A stretch of DNA of 44,203 nt, taken from Octopus bimaculoides. Taxonomy: Eukaryota. Where the stretch lies: the NCBI RefSeq assembly GCF_001194135.2, contig NC_068981.1:106387128-106431330 (forward strand), written 5' to 3'. Position numbers and translations under genes: made by a program. The notes beneath the pieces were generated by a model. It was not told where the DNA came from, made no database searches, and saw only the letters and a program-made list of their open reading frames with translations. Positions 38,764 through 44,203 of this stretch are shown here, piece after piece. The first letter of the stretch is position 1, and every line of letters starts with the position of its first letter.

Positions 38764-39649
38764 CAATGTGAGATGGTTAAATAGAGGTAAATGTTTAAGT
38801 TCGGAATAAGGCATTACTGTGGAAAAGGAGGAGATAGGGAATATAGAGGGAAATAAGAGAATGAAAGTAGAAATGAAATATAAAATATTGTAGTTGCAGT
38901 TCTATTATTCGAGTAAAGTGGTGTATAGAATATAGAAGTGGTAAAAAAGCTTCCTGTGCATGGTGTGTAAGTTCCAATAGTAGTTCATGTTTAGTCATTT
39001 CAAAGTATGGAGTCATGGATGGAAGGGAGGATGGGAGAGGGGTGGGGGAGGGGTAGATAATAAGAGATGAGAGGGTAAGGAGTGAATAAGTGTAAGATAT
39101 GTGAGTAGAGGTGAGTAGATAGGGCTGCATTAAGGGATGGGTAGAGAAAAGGTATGGGTGGGGGTGATACCAAAGTAAGTAGTAGTTTTAGGAGTAAAAT
39201 TTAAAGTGGAGGGAAGAATACAAGGATGTCAAATTTCTATAAATAGACGTATGTGATAGGTTACTGTGATAAGTAGGAATCAGAGAGGAGGAAAGAAGGT
39301 ATAATGACATATATATGCGTACACACACATGCATATACATGTGCGCATATGCTTACATACATACACACACACACACATATATATACATATATATACATAC
39401 GCATATACAAACACATGCATATATATATGTGCATGCTCATGCGCATCCGTAAATGTATTCCTACACACATATGCATGTGTATACATGTATACATACATGC
39501 AAATGCACATACATACACGCAGGCACACATGCGCTTACACACAGTCACACGCACATATGCAGACAGGTATTTACGTGTACATATATGCACATACACTCAC
39601 TCATATATATTTGTATATACATATGCACATACATATACATACACACACA

Positions 39650-39695
<46 letters not shown>

Positions 39696-40884
39696 CATAT
39701 ACCCACATGCATATACATACATAAAAATACATGCACACACATTTACACACACACATGTATCTGCTTATATGTCCATATATGTAGTATTAAATGATTGAGA
39801 TCCTTAAAGTAAGATAGGGGAGTTAAAAAATTAAAGATTAACAATCAAAATGGAGATAAAGGAAAGTTAAGTAGGGTTGTTGGGGATTATGTAAGTGGTG
39901 TTGTGGATATATGATGTGTGATTATTTAGGTTGCATTTAGATTTGTGGTAAAATTTGAAGGTATGATAAAAGTGGTGGTTGCATGTACTTAGGGCCTCAT
40001 TATATTTATTTAGTAGTGTCAAGGAGTTGTGTTTTAATATGTGGAATGCCTCTTTTAGGCATAACTTGCAGGTTAAGTGTTGACCTTGGTATGGAAGCCC
40101 TGAATCTATTATGGACCAAGACAAAACGTCGGGAATATTTCTATTTTTGAGATGATGCATGTGACTGGCGAGTGCTGTGGATTTACTGTGTTTCTCATAT
40201 CTAAAACAATTGAGATGAGCAGCATATTGCTGTTTAACATTTATGGTTGACCCTATATATATACAGCTGCAGAATTATGTAATGTGTTGAGGACGGGGCA
40301 TTTACAAATTACATTAGATCTTCTACAATGGGTTTGTAGAGGGCAGATGGAGCCAGGACGACAGTCACATTATCTTGACCACCAACCAACACTCCTTTTC
40401 TTACTTCTTTCACCCTTCACTTTTTTACTCTTTTCATTTTTTTGTTCCCTTTTCTCTCTTTTTATTTTATTATTTTGTCCTTTTTCTTTTACTCTCTTTC
40501 TTCCTCTCATTTTCTCTTCATGTTTTTGTTTTGACCTATCTCATTCTAATTATGCACATCTATCAACAAATAGTACCAATACATTTTCATATTTTCATTT
40601 ACACCACAAAACCCCTTCGAATGAGCAACACAAAATCCATGACTCCATACTTTGAAATGACTAAACATGAACTATTATTGGAACTTACATATCATGTACA
40701 GGAGGCTTTTTTACTATTTCTATACATCACTTTACTCAAATAATGGAACTGCAACTACAATATTTTATATTTTATTTCTACTTTCATTTTCTTATTTCCC
40801 TCTATATTCCCTATCTCCTCCTTTTCCATAATAATTCCTTATTTTGAAGTCAAATATTTACCTCTATTTAACCATCTCACATCA

Positions 40885-40930
40885 TCCCTGATGAAGGGAT
40901 ATCCATAATATCCCAGAAACAGCTGTAAGA
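40885..40930 (+). ncRNA. Minimal type-I hammerhead ribozyme motif (PLE-associated)
   Basis: tcc-CTGATGA-a-gggata-tccataa-tatccc-a-GAAAC-agct-GTA-aga: intact core, palindromic AGCT loop III, one mismatch in stem I. Confidence 0.7.
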
Positions 40931-41032
40931 CTATATCGATATCATTTTCCTTATAAATGTCCTGAAAACTCCTCACAGCTTTGGCTTTGTTATCTCATTT
41001 TGTGTAATATATATATGTGTGTCTGTGTGTAA

Positions 41033-41119
<87 letters not shown>

Positions 41120-41599
41120 CATATTTACACACAGACACACACATACACACTCACATAGAGATAGAGAGTTTATTTAAGCTGGTCCATTGGCCTGTTACTC
41201 TGGATTGGCCTACATAAGCTATTGTACTGCACCCTTTATTTGCATTGTTACCCAATGATGTATAAGTATGTATATATATGTATGTGTGTGTATGTGTGTA
41301 TATGTGTATGTATGTGTGTGTGCATGCATGTGTGTATGTGTGTGTGCGCATGCATGTATACATACATACACACACACACATATATAAACTGGACCACAAA
41401 AGAAATGTTGCCCACATACTAAATAGGAAAACTGGTTTATTAACAAACTGCCATAGCATTGATTGAAGAGTGCTAATTAAGAAACCATTCTTTCCTAATG
41501 ATAAAACGCCATTTCCTGAAACATGTTTGATATCACATGGTGTCACATGATGACAGATTGTCCTGGATCCAAAGAGATGAACTCAATATCTTGTGTGTC

Positions 41600-41850
41600 A
41601 ACTGTTAGCATTGATTACCTCCAGACATCTTCTGTACATTGAATGCACAAATGATTGATGAAGGCCATGAGGATAGCAGCCCACACTTTGTTAAAACTTG
41701 AAGTGAGTTGTGCCACAGTTGTCAGTCTCAGACAGATGTCAATCAGCCTTCTTTGGATTTCATCCCACAGGTGTTCTATGGGGTTCAAGTCCAGACTCAA
41801 GGCAGGCCATGGCAGCATCTGGCTGTTGTGCTGTTGGCGGAAGTCTGTTG
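41600..41850 (-). mobile_element. Tc1 transposase C-terminal fragment
   Basis: MLPWPALSLDLNPIEHLWDEIQRRL in ORF 41615-41947 (the WP..SPDLNPIE.LW motif). Confidence 0.88.
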
Positions 41851-42169
41851 TCAACCTATGTGTGTGTGTGTGTGTGTTTGTTTGTATGTGTGTGTGTGTG
41901 TATAAACTGTGATTTGAAAGAGATTGGACAGCTATTTCTAAGTACATCTAGTTCACTTAAAAAGGGTATATTTTCTACCGATATTAGCTTTATATATGGG
42001 ATTAAATAGTGCATGTATGTACTGGAAAAAGAAAGAGTAGAGCAAGGGAGAGAAAGAAATTGATGTCTTATAACCATTTTGCTCAAGTTGTCATATGAAT
42101 GAGCAGTAGAAGAAAACTCAAAACAATGACATTTTCAGCTATTCAGCTCAAATTTATACATATTAATAT

Positions 42170-42207
<38 letters not shown>

Positions 42208-42749
42208 GCATGCATGCACACATGCGTGTGCACTTGTATAGCTCCAAAAAATAATTAAATTCTATATAATACAGTTTTAGCTTTGCAATACAACTATATT
42301 TGTATGCTGCTGGTATGAGTTGGACAGTACTACTCCAGAATACCTCACCACCTTCATAAGTCCACAGTCCTGAGATTAGACTGCACCATAGCTTCATTCA
42401 TCTTCTAATTTTCTTCCCATTTGGATCTCTTGGCATTTCTTTACTCAATTGCCATAAAATCACATGTTTGTAACAGAACAACCTATTCTCTTGCACGATG
42501 CAATTCACTCCTCTATAGAGCTAGTTTTTCTCTCAGCTCATTTGTGTTCTATTGTTCATGCACACTAACATTACCCATCTAGCAGAATATCTTAACCACA
42601 TTTTTTTCCAGTCTCTGCAAATTCTCACATAAAATTGTCATGCATGTTTGAACTTACCCTTCAATTAGAGAAAGAATTCCCTTGTTGACAGTAAAGGTAA
42701 CAGTTTTCTGAAATTTCTCTGCTATTACACTGGCAATTATATTGTCACA

Positions 42750-43070
42750 ACAAGGTTGGTGAATTGGCATAAACGTTTGGTATCAGGCAAAATGCATTGA
42801 GATTTCTCTTGACTCTTTCTGTTCTGAGTTCAATTCTTTCCATTGTGAAATTTGCCTTTCATTATTTTATAATCTGGCAGAATCATTTCCATGCCAGGCT
42901 TTTCATCCATCTTTACATTCTGAGTTCAAATTCCACTGAGGTCGACTTTGTCTTTCATCCTTTTGGGGTTGATAAAATAGTACCAATTGGGCACTAGGGT
43001 CAATGTTATTCGACTTACACTCTGCCCTGGACTTGCTGACTTTGTGTCAAAATTGGAAACCATTACATTG
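42750..43070 (+). mobile_element. tRNA-derived SINE (same family as 11698)
   Basis: ttctgagttcaaattccactgaggtcgactttgtctttcatccttttggggttgataaaatagtacca. Confidence 0.8.
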
Positions 43071-43130
43071 TCACAACATTCACCTCAACAACTGATTTGT
43101 TAACAGTTAATAGAATCTGCCATCAAATAT

Positions 43131-43239
43131 CCCACTGCACCTTTTGGACAGCCACTACACCTTTTGGTTGCTCACTATACCTTTTGGTTGCCCACTGCAC
43201 TTTTGGTTGCTCACTATACCTTTTGGTTGCCCACTATAC
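43131..43239. repeat. 20-bp minisatellite, about 5.5 copies
   Basis: Unit c(c/t)cact(g/a)(c/t)accttttggttg repeated in tandem. Confidence 0.9.
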
Positions 43240-43442
43240 ATTTCTTATATATTCCTTTTCTGTATATCAAACATCTCCACTTCCCAGATGGCACTAAAAG
43301 TTTTGTCTTTGCAAGTTTGACTGCAAACCATTTATTATGTTTTGAGAGGAATTCAGCCACATCATTAATATCATTATTTTTACTCTCTTAGCTGGCCAAG
43401 TGCTGTTCTATTTGATTCTTGTTGTTGAAGCTGTACCACATA

Positions 43443-43503
<61 letters not shown>

Positions 43504-43875
43504 GAGAGAGAGAGAGAGAGAGAGTCAACGGATGAGATCCAGAGATTCTTAATACAGAAAACACGTAGTAGCACTCAAAATAATTCAAACTCAGACTCTG
43601 ACATCTTTAGGAGGAACCAAGTCTGTAGGGTGAAGAGTGGGTGTAAGAGGAATCCAGGTGAATAGATATGGAGACAATTATGCGAATAAATAAATGGAAC
43701 AGCTTGGGTGTGATATACAAAATATATATACATGAAAGACTGAAAATTTTCAGACAATCATTATTCAAGTATGAATATATAGATATTTATATGTTAATAG
43801 AGCAAACTCACACATAGTACAAATGACAGGGAAAATTAAAAAGGGAAGCGGTATGGTTTTACAAGATAGATAACT

Positions 43876-43905
<30 letters not shown>

Positions 43906-43906
<1 letters not shown>

Positions 43907-44203
43907 GGAGAGAGAATAGTAGGAGAGAGAATAGTGATGTTGTAGGAGAGAAATGTGTTCGCATGGATGATGGTACGCTTGCATTAAATGAGGATGCAAA
44001 GAAAGAGGTCTGGAGATGCCACTACGATAGATTGCTTAATAAAGAGAATGAATGGGAGAAAGAGAGCCTGCCTTATGTCGACCCAATAGAGGGACCAGCT
44101 ATCCGAGTTGATAGTACCAGGGTAGATAAAGCAATTAAGAGTATGAAGACCGGGAAAGCCCCCGGCCCATCAGGAATCACTGCAGAGATGCTCAAAATAT
44201 CTG
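43906..44203 (+). mobile_element. RTE-clade LINE (EN-RT linker into RT), 5'-truncated, continues off the right edge
   Basis: Uninterrupted frame RENSDVVGEKCVRMDDGTLALNEDAKKEVWRCHYDRLLN.ENEW..IEGPAIRVDSTRVDKAIKSMKTGKAPGPSGITAEMLKIS (W..HY..LLN and KAPGP.GI.AE motifs). It begins right after a (TA)n tract. Confidence 0.93.

Larger units (their letters stand above)
38641..41010 (-). mobile_element. Penelope-like element locus B: 5'-truncated GIY-YIG end, 3' region and terminal repeat, plus an inverted terminal-repeat copy
   Basis: Open minus frame about 40265 to 39867: YIGSTINVKQQYAAHLNCFRYEKHSKSTALASHMHHLKN..SWSIIDSGLPY..CKLCLKEAFHI..LLNKYNEALSTCNHH. Inverted arms of about 380 bp at 38641-39020 and 40635-41010. 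Confidence 0.9.

Noticed and set aside
43131-43239. 20-bp repeat array as a possible CRISPR-like locus
   Set aside because: Units are head-to-tail with no unique spacers, in eukaryotic DNA: a minisatellite.

Overview
AT-rich, microsatellite-dense eukaryotic DNA with two assembly gaps (13349-13549, 16813-16925). The SINE and transposon repertoire looks like an Octopus genome; this is inferred by recognition, not by a search. No host gene could be identified, and most ORF-track entries are simple-repeat artefacts. The window is mostly decayed mobile elements: RTE-clade LINE fragments (including unbroken frames at both window edges), a Tx1/L1-type LINE, a CRE-like LINE with a restriction-like endonuclease, several Tc1/mariner copies, a TTAA-flanked MITE, many tRNA-derived SINEs and at least two Penelope-like (PLE) loci. 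The best signals are: (1) minimal hammerhead-ribozyme motifs in the PLE terminal repeats, which sit in outward-facing inverted arrangements; (2) a Tc1 with DD36E (Incomer-type) spacing; (3) RTE 5' junctions that repeatedly abut microsatellites; (4) an isolated 83-nt pre-miRNA-like hairpin; (5) several unexplained inverted repeats.
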